From the IMG/VR virus record IMGVR_UViG_3300009956_000004: DNA of 39,014 bases; one strand, 5' to 3'. Made by a program: the position numbers and the translations under genes. The DNA is from a virus. Every line of letters starts with the position of its first letter. Position 1 is the stretch's first letter. Under the pieces are notes generated by a model, which searched no databases, was not told the origin of the DNA, and worked only from the letters and a program-made list of their open reading frames with translations. This document shows, in pieces, positions 24,166 to 32,910 of the stretch.

Positions 24166-24593
24166 CAAAAACTATAGAATTGCCAGAATACTATGCACCA
24201 TTTGGAGAGAATGCACGTTATGGAACTCTGGAAGAACTGAAAGAACTGTTACTCTATAAACGAATTGTGAAATGGAATAAAGAGTTTCTGCTACTCGAAG
24301 ATGGCACAAAGGTCACTATTAAAATGTCTGAAAGTGACTGTTGTGCCTCTGCTGGAGGAGAATTCCAAAATGTGAAACTTGACGCAGTAATTACAGATGT
24401 CAAAATCGGAGAACAAGCAAGAGAAGAAGACGATTGGGGAACAACTACCAGTACAAACACGGTTACTATTTATCATAACCAGAACCCGATAGCTCTAGCC
24501 GAATGCGAGGCTAATGACGGGAATGCTGGCTATTATTATAGCGTAGGTTCTCTAGTTATCGGAAATATCCATTTTCCAGTAGTTGATGCTTGA
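24162..24593 (+). CDS. Hypothetical protein
   Basis: 143 aa, ATGA overlap with yopX. No family assigned. Confidence 0.65.
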   Translation: MTKTIELPEYYAPFGENARYGTLEELKELLLYKRIVKWNKEFLLLEDGTKVTIKMSESDCCASAGGEFQNVKLDAVITDVKIGEQAREEDDWGTTTSTNTVTIYHNQNPIALAECEANDGNAGYYYSVGSLVIGNIHFPVVDA

Positions 24594-24622
24594 TAATCAG
24601 TTTTTAGGGAAGGAGCAACAGA

Positions 24623-24757
24623 ATGACACGACCAAACAGATATCCATATACTAAGAATCAGTGGGAAGAAGAGGACTATGTTGTTTATACAAACATGTTT
24701 GGCGAACGCATAGCACTCAAGATTTTAAAAAATCGAATTACAGGAGAAACGAAATGA
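24623..24757 (+). CDS. Possible 44-aa protein
   Basis: GAAGGAG RBS 7 nt upstream. Hand translation MTRPNRYPYTKNQWEEEDYVVYTNMFGERIALKILKNRITGETK. Confidence 0.5.
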   Translation: MTRPNRYPYTKNQWEEEDYVVYTNMFGERIALKILKNRITGETK

Positions 24758-24873
24758 TCTTTGCTTTGACATTATCAGACATCGTAGAATTGATTATCGG
24801 GGCAATCTGGGTAATTGGTTTTATCGGTGCTATCATTGTGGGAATATTGAGTAGAAAGGAGAAACATGACTAA
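24754..24873 (+). CDS. Possible 39-aa single-pass membrane peptide
   Basis: ATGA overlap with the previous micro-ORF. MIFALTLSDIVELIIGAIWVIGFIGAIIVGILSRKEKHD. The listed 24661 start is a GTG lacking an RBS. Confidence 0.5.
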   Translation: MIFALTLSDIVELIIGAIWVIGFIGAIIVGILSRKEKHD

Positions 24874-25141
24874 ACTATTTTACACAATCCTCACATCAGT
24901 ATCGTTAGTATTTCTGATCGTGTGTATTAACTTAAATTCACGGATCAATGAGCTAAATACTAAATGCCACGATCTCGAATGGACGGTACAAGAGCATGAG
25001 CTGTCTATCCAGAGAATGGCTGAGAAGAATACAATGCAGGATACTATTCTAAATAAATTAAACAGCGAGTACCAGATGCGAGAGAGACAACGTGCGGAGG
25101 AAGTTAAACAGGCGGCGGAAGAAAACGGGGTAGGTGGATGA
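24866..25141 (+). CDS. Hypothetical membrane-anchored coiled-coil protein
   Basis: 91 aa, GGAGAAAC RBS. N-terminal TM LFYTILTSVSLVFLIVCINL. Confidence 0.6.
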   Translation: MTKLFYTILTSVSLVFLIVCINLNSRINELNTKCHDLEWTVQEHELSIQRMAEKNTMQDTILNKLNSEYQMRERQRAEEVKQAAEENGVGG

Positions 25142-25539
25142 ACGTTAAAAAACGACTGAATAACCTTAAATTTCTCGATGACACAATCAAATCAAAGAGA
25201 CAGGAAATCTTTGCTCTCGAATCACTCGTACAAAAAGCGCAAGTCTACTCTGACGAACCAAAAGGAAGTAGACAAGGTAACAAGACTGAAGAGTTGAATG
25301 TAAAAATCATTGATGAGAAAGAAAAGATCGAAAATGAAATCATGACTCTTTGGTCTGAAAGCAGAAAGACTATCAATGCAATCGACCAGCTAGAAGATCC
25401 ACTTGAAAGAGCTGTATTGCGTTATACTTATGTCAACGGCTACAACTGGATCAAGACAACAGGACAATTAAATTGTTCACGCACAACTTACCAAAGAGCT
25501 AAGAAGTCTGGTATTGAACATTTAGCTTTAAAATTATGA
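25138..25539 (+). CDS. Putative late-gene transcriptional regulator (ArpU/DUF1492-like, sigma-70 region-4-type HTH)
   Basis: 133 aa, last gene before terS. C-terminus ..ERAVLRYTYVNGYNWIKTTGQLNCSRTTYQRAKKSGIEHLA resembles a region-4 HTH. Confidence 0.55.
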   Translation: MNVKKRLNNLKFLDDTIKSKRQEIFALESLVQKAQVYSDEPKGSRQGNKTEELNVKIIDEKEKIENEIMTLWSESRKTINAIDQLEDPLERAVLRYTYVNGYNWIKTTGQLNCSRTTYQRAKKSGIEHLALKL

Positions 25540-25570
25540 CACACAAACGGACATTATGGTAATGACAATG

Positions 25571-25579
25571 TGCTATTAT
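25571..25579 (+). promoter_or_regulatory. Possible activator-dependent late promoter (extended -10 TGcTATTAT, no good -35)
   Basis: Read directly. Flanked by repeated ACGGACA (25547, 25586) and ATTATGGTA (25553, 25575) elements. Confidence 0.3.
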
Positions 25580-25712
25580 GGTAGTACGGACAAGGAGAAC
25601 AGGACATCTACTCTAAGCAGTTTGAGCGTTTTTTCAAAGTTTTATCTCCAAAAAATAGTTTTGATGATTTTTCACGTTACATGCTCCTTGTCTTTCTTAT
25701 TGATACCAACGG

Positions 25713-25738
25713 GATCGGATTTAAACCGATCTTTTTTT
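25713..25738 (+). terminator. Intrinsic terminator 38 nt upstream of terS
   Basis: GATCGG (25713-18) / CCGATC (25726-31), 7-nt loop, then TTTTTTTATTTTTTT. Confidence 0.7.
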
Positions 25739-25775
25739 ATTTTTTTCACGAAAGGGGTGATGGAAAATCAATAAA

Positions 25776-26204
25776 TTGTCACTAAAACAGCAACGTTTTG
25801 CAGATGAGTACATCATCAGCGGAAATGCCACGAATGCAGCTATCAAGGCAGGATATAGCTCTAAATATGCTAATACAAACGCATCTAAGCTACTACAAAA
25901 TACTGCAATCAAATCATATATCGACGAGAGGTTAGCTCAGCTTGCGTCTGATAAGGTTGCAACGCAGGAAGAGGTGCTTACTTACCTGACTTCGGTAATG
26001 CGAGGGGAAACCCAAGAGCAAACTTTATGTAGTATCGGTGAACTCGGACAGGAAGTTATTGACATTGATGTTGGAGCTAAAGACAGGATCAAGGCTGCAG
26101 AACTTCTCGGCAAGCGATTCAGGATGTGGACAGAGAAAGTCGAAACAGACACCACGCAGACGGTTGTGATTGATGTAGGTGGTTGGGATGACGATCAAAC
26201 TTAA
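25776..26204 (+). CDS. terS: Terminase small subunit (Terminase_2/P27 family)
   Basis: TTG start. (M)SLKQQRFADEYIISGNATNAAIKAGYSSKYANTNASKLLQN..IK.YI.. is the classic TerS N-terminus. Confidence 0.9.
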   Translation: MSLKQQRFADEYIISGNATNAAIKAGYSSKYANTNASKLLQNTAIKSYIDERLAQLASDKVATQEEVLTYLTSVMRGETQEQTLCSIGELGQEVIDIDVGAKDRIKAAELLGKRFRMWTEKVETDTTQTVVIDVGGWDDDQT

Positions 26205-27426
26205 CATCAACCCATCTAAAGTATTCAACAGACACATCTACGATCATCTATTTGACTACGACACATTCACAGAGGTTCACTATGGCGGTGCTTCGTCTGG
26301 TAAGAGTCACGGAGTTTTTCAAAAGATTGTCATCAAGGCGTTGAAAGACTGGAAGAAGCCACGAAAGATTCTTGTACTTCGAAAGGTAGGCGCGACTGTC
26401 CGTGACTCGGTATTCGCAGATGTACAAGCGACGTTGTCATACTTTGGTATTCTCAACATGTGCAAAATCAACATGTCTGCATTTCGTATCGAGCTACCAA
26501 ATGGCGCGGAGTTCATCTTTAAAGGGATGGATAACCCAGAGAAAATAAAATCCATCAAGGGTATCTCTGATGTGGTCATGGAAGAAGCGTCTGAGTTCAC
26601 TCTTGACGACTATACACAGCTCACACTTCGTCTACGGGATAAAGCACATAAACAAAAGCAAATATATTTAATGTTCAACCCGGTTTCTAAAGCAAACTGG
26701 GTTTATAATGCTTTTTTTGTTAAAAAACCAAAAAACACAGTCGTATATCAGACGACTTACAAAGATAATCGCTTTTTAGACGCAGTTACACGGGAAAATA
26801 TCGAGGAATTGGCCAATCGTAACGAAGCGTACTATAAAATTTACGCTTTGGGAGAATTTGCGACTCTTGACAAGCTGGTTTTCCCAAAATACACGAAAGC
26901 ATTGCTAAATAAGGACGATTTAAGACAAATCACATCCTATTTTGGCCTTGACTATGGGTTTATTAACGACCCGAGCGCATTTATGCATGTGAAAATCGAT
27001 GATGACCGCAAAAGGTTGTACGTTGTCGAGGAATATGTAAAAAAAGGACTGACAAATGACAAAATTGCGGAGAGTATTACCGCCCTTGGGTATGCGAAAG
27101 AGCAAATTAGGGCTGATTCGGCTGAGAAGAAATCAAACCAAGAGCTTAGAAATCTTGGAATCAGTCGGGTTATTGATGTCAAAAAGGGTGCTGGCTCAGT
27201 CATGCAAGGAATCCAGTATCTCTTGCAGTACGAGTGGATAGTAGACGAACGATGTGTAAAGACTATCGAAGAATTAGAGAATTACACATGGAAAAAAGAC
27301 AAGGCTACAAATGAGTACATCAATGAGCCTGTAGATAGCTACAACCACTGTCTGGATGCGATACGTTATGCAATCCAAGACAAGATTACTAAATCTAAAA
27401 TCAAAACATTTAAAGGGGGCTTTTAA
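26188..27426 (+). CDS. terL: Terminase large subunit (PBSX/Terminase_3 family)
   Basis: Walker A HYGGASSGKSHGV. ..VVMEEASEF.. C-terminal nuclease region ..DSYNHCLDAIRYA.. ATG 26188 preferred (AGGTGG RBS) over GTG 26179. Confidence 0.9.
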   Translation: MTIKLNINPSKVFNRHIYDHLFDYDTFTEVHYGGASSGKSHGVFQKIVIKALKDWKKPRKILVLRKVGATVRDSVFADVQATLSYFGILNMCKINMSAFRIELPNGAEFIFKGMDNPEKIKSIKGISDVVMEEASEFTLDDYTQLTLRLRDKAHKQKQIYLMFNPVSKANWVYNAFFVKKPKNTVVYQTTYKDNRFLDAVTRENIEELANRNEAYYKIYALGEFATLDKLVFPKYTKALLNKDDLRQITSYFGLDYGFINDPSAFMHVKIDDDRKRLYVVEEYVKKGLTNDKIAESITALGYAKEQIRADSAEKKSNQELRNLGISRVIDVKKGAGSVMQGIQYLLQYEWIVDERCVKTIEELENYTWKKDKATNEYINEPVDSYNHCLDAIRYAIQDKITKSKIKTFKGGF

Positions 27427-28851
27427 TTGACAAAAGTCAGAATTAATAACAAGCGATTGCTCACTGTACCAGTAGACACAGAAGTAACTGCACAGATTGT
27501 AACAGAAGCAATTCGCTTGCATTTGAGCAGACTCGTACCAATCTATCGAGAAAACGAAAACTTATATCTATCAGATCACAAGATCCTACATGCCAGAGCT
27601 AAAGACACATGGAAGCCTGACAATCGTCTAGTTGTCAACTATGCAAAATACATCGTAGACATGTTCAATGGGTATTTTATCGGTATTCCAGCCACTGTAT
27701 CACATGACGATCAAGTGATTAGTGATTATGTCAACGATTTCAGAAAATTCAACGACATGGAAGACAGCGAGAGCGAACTATCCAAGTTAGTTGACATCTT
27801 TGGTCATGCTTTTTGGTATGTGTATCAAGACGAAGATGCAAACACTAGAGCGACATACAACAGCCCGATGAATATGCTGATTGTGCATGACAATTCTGTT
27901 GCAGAGCGTCCTAAATTCGCTGTACGCTACATGATCGATGAAGAGACTGCTGCTGGAACTGGTGAGGTTGTGACCGATAAGGAAATAATCTATTTCACCC
28001 TTGATAACGCTGGTGATGTGCATTTTGGTGAGCGAGTTAACCACATCTACTCACATCTCCCAATCATAGAAGTGATCGAAAATGAAGAGCGCAGAGGAAT
28101 CTTCGAGAGCGTGAAGACATTGCTTAATGCACTCAATAAAGCGGTCAGTGAGAAAGCAAATGATGTTGATTATTTCGCAGATGCTTACTTAAAGATCATC
28201 GGCATGGAGTTAGACGATGAAGTAAGTAAGAGCATCCGTGATAATCGTGTATTTAACTTGTGGGGCGAAAGTGGCAGTCAGTTAGATGTTGACTTCCTGC
28301 AGAAACCAAACGCAGACCAGACACAAGAGAACCTTATCGTGCTACTGCGTGATGCGATCTTTAATATCTCAATGGTTGCCAACCTGTCAGACAAAGACTT
28401 TGGTAATAGCTCAGGGACAGCTCTTGCTTATAAATTGCAAGCGATGGACAATCTCGCTAAATCAAAAGACCGCAAGATGCAGTCTGGATTTAATCGATTG
28501 TACGAGGTCGTCTTGTCAGTGCCAACTACGCAAGTACCAGCAGATGCATGGTCTGAACTTAATTACAAATTTACTCGTAACGTGCCTAAGAACACGCTTG
28601 AAGAAGCACAGATCGTAAGCCAGTTAAATGGCCAAGTATCAGACGAAACTAAACTATCTGTCTTGTCTATCGTGCAAGATCCGAAAGAAGAGCTTGAACG
28701 CATGGAAGAGGAAACCAAGAAAGATAGCGCACTGTATCAGCAAATGGCTCTAAATGAGCGTATGAGCGACCTTGCAATCAATGAGGATGCAGAAGAAGGC
28801 GACAAAGAAAAGGACGGTGTAGAGGATGACAGAGACCGTCAGACAGAATAG
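27427..28851 (+). CDS. Portal protein (SPP1 gp6-like)
   Basis: 474 aa directly after terL. TTG start with AAAGGGGG RBS. Acidic C-terminus. Size and position are typical. Confidence 0.85.
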   Translation: MTKVRINNKRLLTVPVDTEVTAQIVTEAIRLHLSRLVPIYRENENLYLSDHKILHARAKDTWKPDNRLVVNYAKYIVDMFNGYFIGIPATVSHDDQVISDYVNDFRKFNDMEDSESELSKLVDIFGHAFWYVYQDEDANTRATYNSPMNMLIVHDNSVAERPKFAVRYMIDEETAAGTGEVVTDKEIIYFTLDNAGDVHFGERVNHIYSHLPIIEVIENEERRGIFESVKTLLNALNKAVSEKANDVDYFADAYLKIIGMELDDEVSKSIRDNRVFNLWGESGSQLDVDFLQKPNADQTQENLIVLLRDAIFNISMVANLSDKDFGNSSGTALAYKLQAMDNLAKSKDRKMQSGFNRLYEVVLSVPTTQVPADAWSELNYKFTRNVPKNTLEEAQIVSQLNGQVSDETKLSVLSIVQDPKEELERMEEETKKDSALYQQMALNERMSDLAINEDAEEGDKEKDGVEDDRDRQTE

Positions 28852-30598
28852 TTACTGGCGCAACCGTGTTGAACTGGAGCAGAGAGCAGCAATCAAGCGT
28901 GATGAAGATTATGCGACTGAGTTGAAGAAGATGCATGATTACTACTTCAACGAGATTGATAAGGAAATTAGAACGTTTATCAATCGCTATGCTGAGAAGA
29001 ACGGGAATATTCCCTATTCTGAGGTTATCGCAAGACTTGATGCGATGGATGTTGCTGCATTTGCTGAGAAGGCTAAACGATACGTTGAAGAGAAAGACTT
29101 TGGTGCGATAGCTAACAGAGAATTGGCTATCTACAACCTCAAAATGCGAGTATCAAGACTCGAAGCATTGCAGCAAGAGCTAGACTTGCAAATGATCGCT
29201 CTTGCGAACGAGGAAGAAAAGAAAACAGGCAACTTTTTAAAAGGTGAATACTTACAAGGGTTAAAGAGTCAAGCTGGTATTTTGGGAGTGTCAGAAGGAG
29301 CTACAGTCTCTACTGCGATGAAACAGGCTATAGATCGCAACTTCAATGGTGCTACTTGGTCCAGTCGTATCTGGGATCGTCAAAATGCTCTGCGTGATAT
29401 CGTTAAGAAAGCAACCGCAGACTTGCTGATCCTCGGCAAGAATCCAACACAGATTATTTCAAAGCTACGGAAGGAATTCGGTGTATCTGCCCATCAAGCC
29501 AAACGCTTGGCAGTGACAGAAGGTTCACGAGTTGCAATGGCAGCGCAGAAAGATAGTCTGGAATCACAAGGCTATGATGAATATGAGTACATAGCAGAGC
29601 CAAGCGCTTGCAAGATATGCGCTCCACTGGATGGCAAGATCTTTAAGGTCGAAAACATGGAATCTGGTCGCAACTGCGCTCCTATGCATCCATTTTGTCG
29701 GTGCAGTGTTGCTGCTCATTACTCAGGTTTCGGTGAAAAAGTTAAACAGCAAACCAAAGCTGTTGATGAAGCAGAAAAAGAGGAAACTCACAGCTTCGGA
29801 GATTCTTTCGGAAGCGGTTTAGATTTAGCACAAAAAACATTACAAAATTTTGTTGACAATGCCAAAAAGTGGTATAATGATCACATAGAAAGCAGACTGA
29901 CACCAGAAGAAATTGAACTTTCGCGCAATGTGTTGAAAGAGGTGATCAGTAACAGTGCATATTCTATGCGCTTTAAGTCTGCAAACATTGACAAACTGAT
30001 AGAATCTGGACGATTCATGAACCAGTTCGAGACAGGAACAAGTGGCGGGACTGTTAATACAAAATACAGAAGACAAGCTACAAATCAATTGTTTGGCTTA
30101 TCTGGCAAACGCTTGAAGAAGCCTGATTTTGAAAAGTATGGCTATTTCGGTAATAAGGACGCTTACAAGGACTTTGTCCACAACTCGACAAGTCGGGGCG
30201 GTGTTAGTCAATATGGTGATGTTATCATTCACTTTGCAAAAGATAGCGTAGCGGACAAGACAACATTCACAGTAAATAACAGCCTTGGCCCTGCAGTCTA
30301 TCAGGAACTTGTCGCAGATAATCCAAACAGTCCAAATTTGGTCGGTATTGATAAAGAGTTACTGAAAAAAACAGTGAATTTATTAAAAGCTGGGAACATA
30401 AAAACACCAGAAGAAGCGAGCAAGGCTCTTGGTGTTCGTTACTTGGAAACTCAATATCACGGTGAAATAGGGTTGTCTGATATTTCTAGCATGTACTTTA
30501 CAAAAGATAAACCAAACGACAACCAAATTCAGTCTTTAAAGGAACTTGGTGTAAAATTGTTTGTGAAAGAAGGTGATCAATTTGTTGAAATTAAATAA
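28826..30598 (+). CDS. MuF/SPP1 gp7-like head morphogenesis protein fused to a ~290-aa C-terminal domain of unknown function (effector-like)
   Basis: The MuF core ..GATWSSRIWDRQ..AKRLAVTEGSRV..ICAPLDGKIF..PMHPFCRCS.. ends near aa 300. The remainder contains ..ESGRFMNQFETGTSGG..YG(Y)F..TTFTVNNS.., reminiscent from memory of DUF3626. Confidence 0.85.
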   Translation: MTETVRQNSYWRNRVELEQRAAIKRDEDYATELKKMHDYYFNEIDKEIRTFINRYAEKNGNIPYSEVIARLDAMDVAAFAEKAKRYVEEKDFGAIANRELAIYNLKMRVSRLEALQQELDLQMIALANEEEKKTGNFLKGEYLQGLKSQAGILGVSEGATVSTAMKQAIDRNFNGATWSSRIWDRQNALRDIVKKATADLLILGKNPTQIISKLRKEFGVSAHQAKRLAVTEGSRVAMAAQKDSLESQGYDEYEYIAEPSACKICAPLDGKIFKVENMESGRNCAPMHPFCRCSVAAHYSGFGEKVKQQTKAVDEAEKEETHSFGDSFGSGLDLAQKTLQNFVDNAKKWYNDHIESRLTPEEIELSRNVLKEVISNSAYSMRFKSANIDKLIESGRFMNQFETGTSGGTVNTKYRRQATNQLFGLSGKRLKKPDFEKYGYFGNKDAYKDFVHNSTSRGGVSQYGDVIIHFAKDSVADKTTFTVNNSLGPAVYQELVADNPNSPNLVGIDKELLKKTVNLLKAGNIKTPEEASKALGVRYLETQYHGEIGLSDISSMYFTKDKPNDNQIQSLKELGVKLFVKEGDQFVEIK

Positions 30599-30893
30599 AA
30601 TCATCGGTGTCGATGAATCTAAAAATAATATATTGGTCACTCTTGAAGATGGCCGATGCGCATTGATTGATAAAGAGCAAAAAGGTTTTGTTGTTGAAAT
30701 CCTTTTAGATTCTTTTTATAAGTGGATGTCATTTCCGAATGAACCAACTGCAGAAGATCAAGCAGAAGCCGTTGAAATTTTGACAAATCCAGAAGGGTTT
30801 GCGTTTGGCCCATTGGCTGAACGTTACCTTACAGATGAAAAGCTGAAACACGATTTTGATGTTATGAAGAAAGATGCAGGATACGCTTATTAA
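30573..30893 (+). CDS. Small acidic protein downstream of the MuF fusion (candidate cognate partner/immunity-type protein)
   Basis: 106-aa ORF overlapping the MuF stop. The likely start is TTG 30582 (AAGGTGA RBS) rather than GTG 30573. Followed by a strong terminator. Confidence 0.6.
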   Translation: MINLLKLNKIIGVDESKNNILVTLEDGRCALIDKEQKGFVVEILLDSFYKWMSFPNEPTAEDQAEAVEILTNPEGFAFGPLAERYLTDEKLKHDFDVMKKDAGYAY

Positions 30894-30900
30894 ATATATA

Positions 30901-30927
30901 AAAAGCCGTAATATTACGGCTTTTTTT
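30901..30927. terminator. Bidirectional rho-independent terminator
   Basis: AAAA-AGCCGTA-atat-TACGGCT-TTTTTT, a perfect palindrome. Confidence 0.85.
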
Positions 30928-30956
30928 GTTGTCAAAAAAGAAAGAAAGGAGCCACC

Positions 30957-31088
30957 TTGAATATTTGGAATATCGTATCAGTCACTGCAGGGGTTGTCTG
31001 TTTATTTCTTATCCTCTTGTTTGGGTATGCAATGACAATCGGGCTACTGTCAGGGATTGACGAAGTCAAACGGAAACACAGAGATTGA
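30957..31088 (+). CDS. 43-aa single-pass membrane peptide (moron-like)
   Basis: AAAGGAG RBS 5 nt before TTG. Hand translation MNIWNIVSVTAGVVCLFLILLFGYAMTIGLLSGIDEVKRKHRD. Bracketed by two terminators. Confidence 0.5.
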   Translation: MNIWNIVSVTAGVVCLFLILLFGYAMTIGLLSGIDEVKRKHRD

Positions 31089-31144
31089 GAGGTGATCCAA
31101 CATCTTGACAAGCAGGAATAGACTGCTATTTTATCGCATAATCC

Positions 31145-31172
31145 AACCAGTCGAAAGGCTGGTTTTTATTTT
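31145..31172 (+). terminator. Rho-independent terminator with GAAA tetraloop
   Basis: AACCAGTC (31145-52) / GGCTGGTT (31157-64), then TTTATTTT. Confidence 0.7.
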
Positions 31173-31246
31173 GTCCAAGCATTGATGACTTTAAAAGCTA
31201 TGGAACACAACACAGTCAGGGATGACTTTAAAAATAGGAGGTTCGC

Positions 31247-31831
31247 ATGAACAAAGAAACAGAAGTAGTCGAAACGGTTGAAGATGTTGAAAAGGTAACG
31301 GCCGAACCAGAAGAACATCAAGAAGAACCGAAAGACGAAAAGAAGTACACGGACGCAGATGTTGACAAGATCATCAACAAGAAATTTGCAAAGTGGAAAG
31401 AAGAAGCTGAAAAAGCTGAGAAAGAAGCTGAGAAGTTGCGCAAGATGAACGCTGAGCAAAAAGCAGAGTATGAAGCTAAGAAACAAGCTGAACGCATTGC
31501 CGAATTGGAAGCACAACTCAATCGCAACGGTCTCGAAAAAGAGGCTTCCAAGATGCTATTTGAAGCTGGAATCACAGCTGATGAAACAGTACTTGACTTT
31601 GTAGTACGCAATAATGCAGAAGATACACAACAGTCAGTACAGTCACTCATTGGTCTCGTAAATACTCTTGCAGACGCAAAAGTACAAACGATGCTAGTTG
31701 GTAAGACACCAACCAAGCAAGAAGAAACTGGGCAAGGGATCACCAAGGAACAATTCCGCAAGATGGGCTATCAAAGCCGCAATGAACTGTTCCAAACGAA
31801 CCCGGAACTATATAACCAATTGAAAGGATAA
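31247..31831 (+). CDS. Capsid scaffolding protein (DUF4355-like)
   Basis: 194 aa, highly acidic/Lys-rich coiled coil (..KWKEEAEKAEKEAEKLRKMNAEQKAEYEAKKQAERIAELEAQL..). Immediately upstream of the capsid gene. AGGAGG RBS. Confidence 0.8.
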   Translation: MNKETEVVETVEDVEKVTAEPEEHQEEPKDEKKYTDADVDKIINKKFAKWKEEAEKAEKEAEKLRKMNAEQKAEYEAKKQAERIAELEAQLNRNGLEKEASKMLFEAGITADETVLDFVVRNNAEDTQQSVQSLIGLVNTLADAKVQTMLVGKTPTKQEETGQGITKEQFRKMGYQSRNELFQTNPELYNQLKG

Positions 31832-31838
31832 TTAATTT

Positions 31839-32684
31839 ATGCCACAAGGAATTACTCAAAAAGCTACTATGGTAGTGCCAGAAGTCATGGCTGACATGGT
31901 ATCAGCTAAATTGCCTAAACTAATCAAATTCACCCCGCTTGCTTATGTCGACAATACACTTGTAGGACAGCCAGGCGACAAGATCACTGTACCTAAATGG
32001 GAATACGCTGGAGATGCAGCAGAAGTTGCGGAAGGTGTAGCCATCGCTTTGGATCAATTGACTACTAAGAAGTCTGAAATGACAATCAAAAAGGCTGCGA
32101 AAGGGTACGAAATCACAGATGAAGCCCTTCTTTCAGGCCTTGGCGATCCAATCGGACAAGCAGTATACCAAGCATCACTTGCTCTTGCTAACAAAATCGA
32201 TAATGACCTTGTAGAAGCTGCGAAAGGCGCAGTCCAAAAAGTAGCCGAAACAGCTACTACTGTTGATAACCTACAAAAAGCCCTCGACATCTTCGAAGAC
32301 GAAGACGATGCATCTTATGTTGCCTTGGTTAACCCAGCAGACGCTGCTGCTCTTCGTAAAGATGCAGCTCAAAACTGGACTAAAGGTTCAGAGCTTGGTG
32401 CGGAAACAATCGTCAACGGAACATTCGGTGAAGTGCTTGGTGTTCAGATCGTTCGTACAAACAAAGTAGACAAAGGTAAAGGCTTCCTCGTTAAAGTCTC
32501 TGCTGATGCTACTGATACAGATGATGTGAACAAGTACGGTGCATTTGTTATTGCATTGAAACGTGATGTGATGGTTGAAACTGACCGTGACATCTTGAAG
32601 AAAGCAACTGTCATCACTGCAGACAAACACTATGGAACATATCTCTATGATCCATCACGAGTTGTCAAATTTGGTGAATCGTAA
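31839..32684 (+). CDS. Major capsid protein
   Basis: 281 aa following the scaffold gene. Ala/Val/Asp-rich composition typical of small HK97-fold capsid proteins (N4-gp56-like from memory). Confidence 0.8.
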   Translation: MPQGITQKATMVVPEVMADMVSAKLPKLIKFTPLAYVDNTLVGQPGDKITVPKWEYAGDAAEVAEGVAIALDQLTTKKSEMTIKKAAKGYEITDEALLSGLGDPIGQAVYQASLALANKIDNDLVEAAKGAVQKVAETATTVDNLQKALDIFEDEDDASYVALVNPADAAALRKDAAQNWTKGSELGAETIVNGTFGEVLGVQIVRTNKVDKGKGFLVKVSADATDTDDVNKYGAFVIALKRDVMVETDRDILKKATVITADKHYGTYLYDPSRVVKFGES

Positions 32685-32705
32685 TTTCAAAAAGGGGGTG
32701 ACAAC

Positions 32706-32903
32706 GTGAGCATGCTACTACGTTATCACTATCAACAGAGCGATCCAGTTGAACCAGAAACGGTTGAAGAACCAGAAACGGTTGAAGATGTCGCTTTGGA
32801 TGATATGACGCTAAAAGATTTGAAATCTTTAGCTAAAGAAACTGGTGTCGAAGGTTATTCCGCACTTGCAAAAGCTGAATTAGTCGAGGCATTGAAAGGA
32901 TGA
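32706..32903 (+). CDS. Small protein with Rho_N/SAP-like domain
   Basis: GTG start with GGGGGTG RBS. ..MTLKDLKSLAKETGVEGYSALAKAELVEALKG is a Rho-N-like helix-extended-helix. Tandem PETVE repeats. Confidence 0.55.
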   Translation: MSMLLRYHYQQSDPVEPETVEEPETVEDVALDDMTLKDLKSLAKETGVEGYSALAKAELVEALKG

Positions 32904-32910
32904 TTTGATT

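Noticed and set aside
25556-25774. 72-aa + strand ORF between the late regulator and terS
   Set aside because: It has no RBS, a hydrophobic junk-like translation, and it spans a terminator hairpin. The interval is better explained as a regulatory leader.
31166-31761. Minus-strand ORFs 31166-31516 and 31318-31761
   Set aside because: They are antisense to the GAA/AAG-rich scaffold gene, giving Phe/Leu/Ser-rich artefactual frames.
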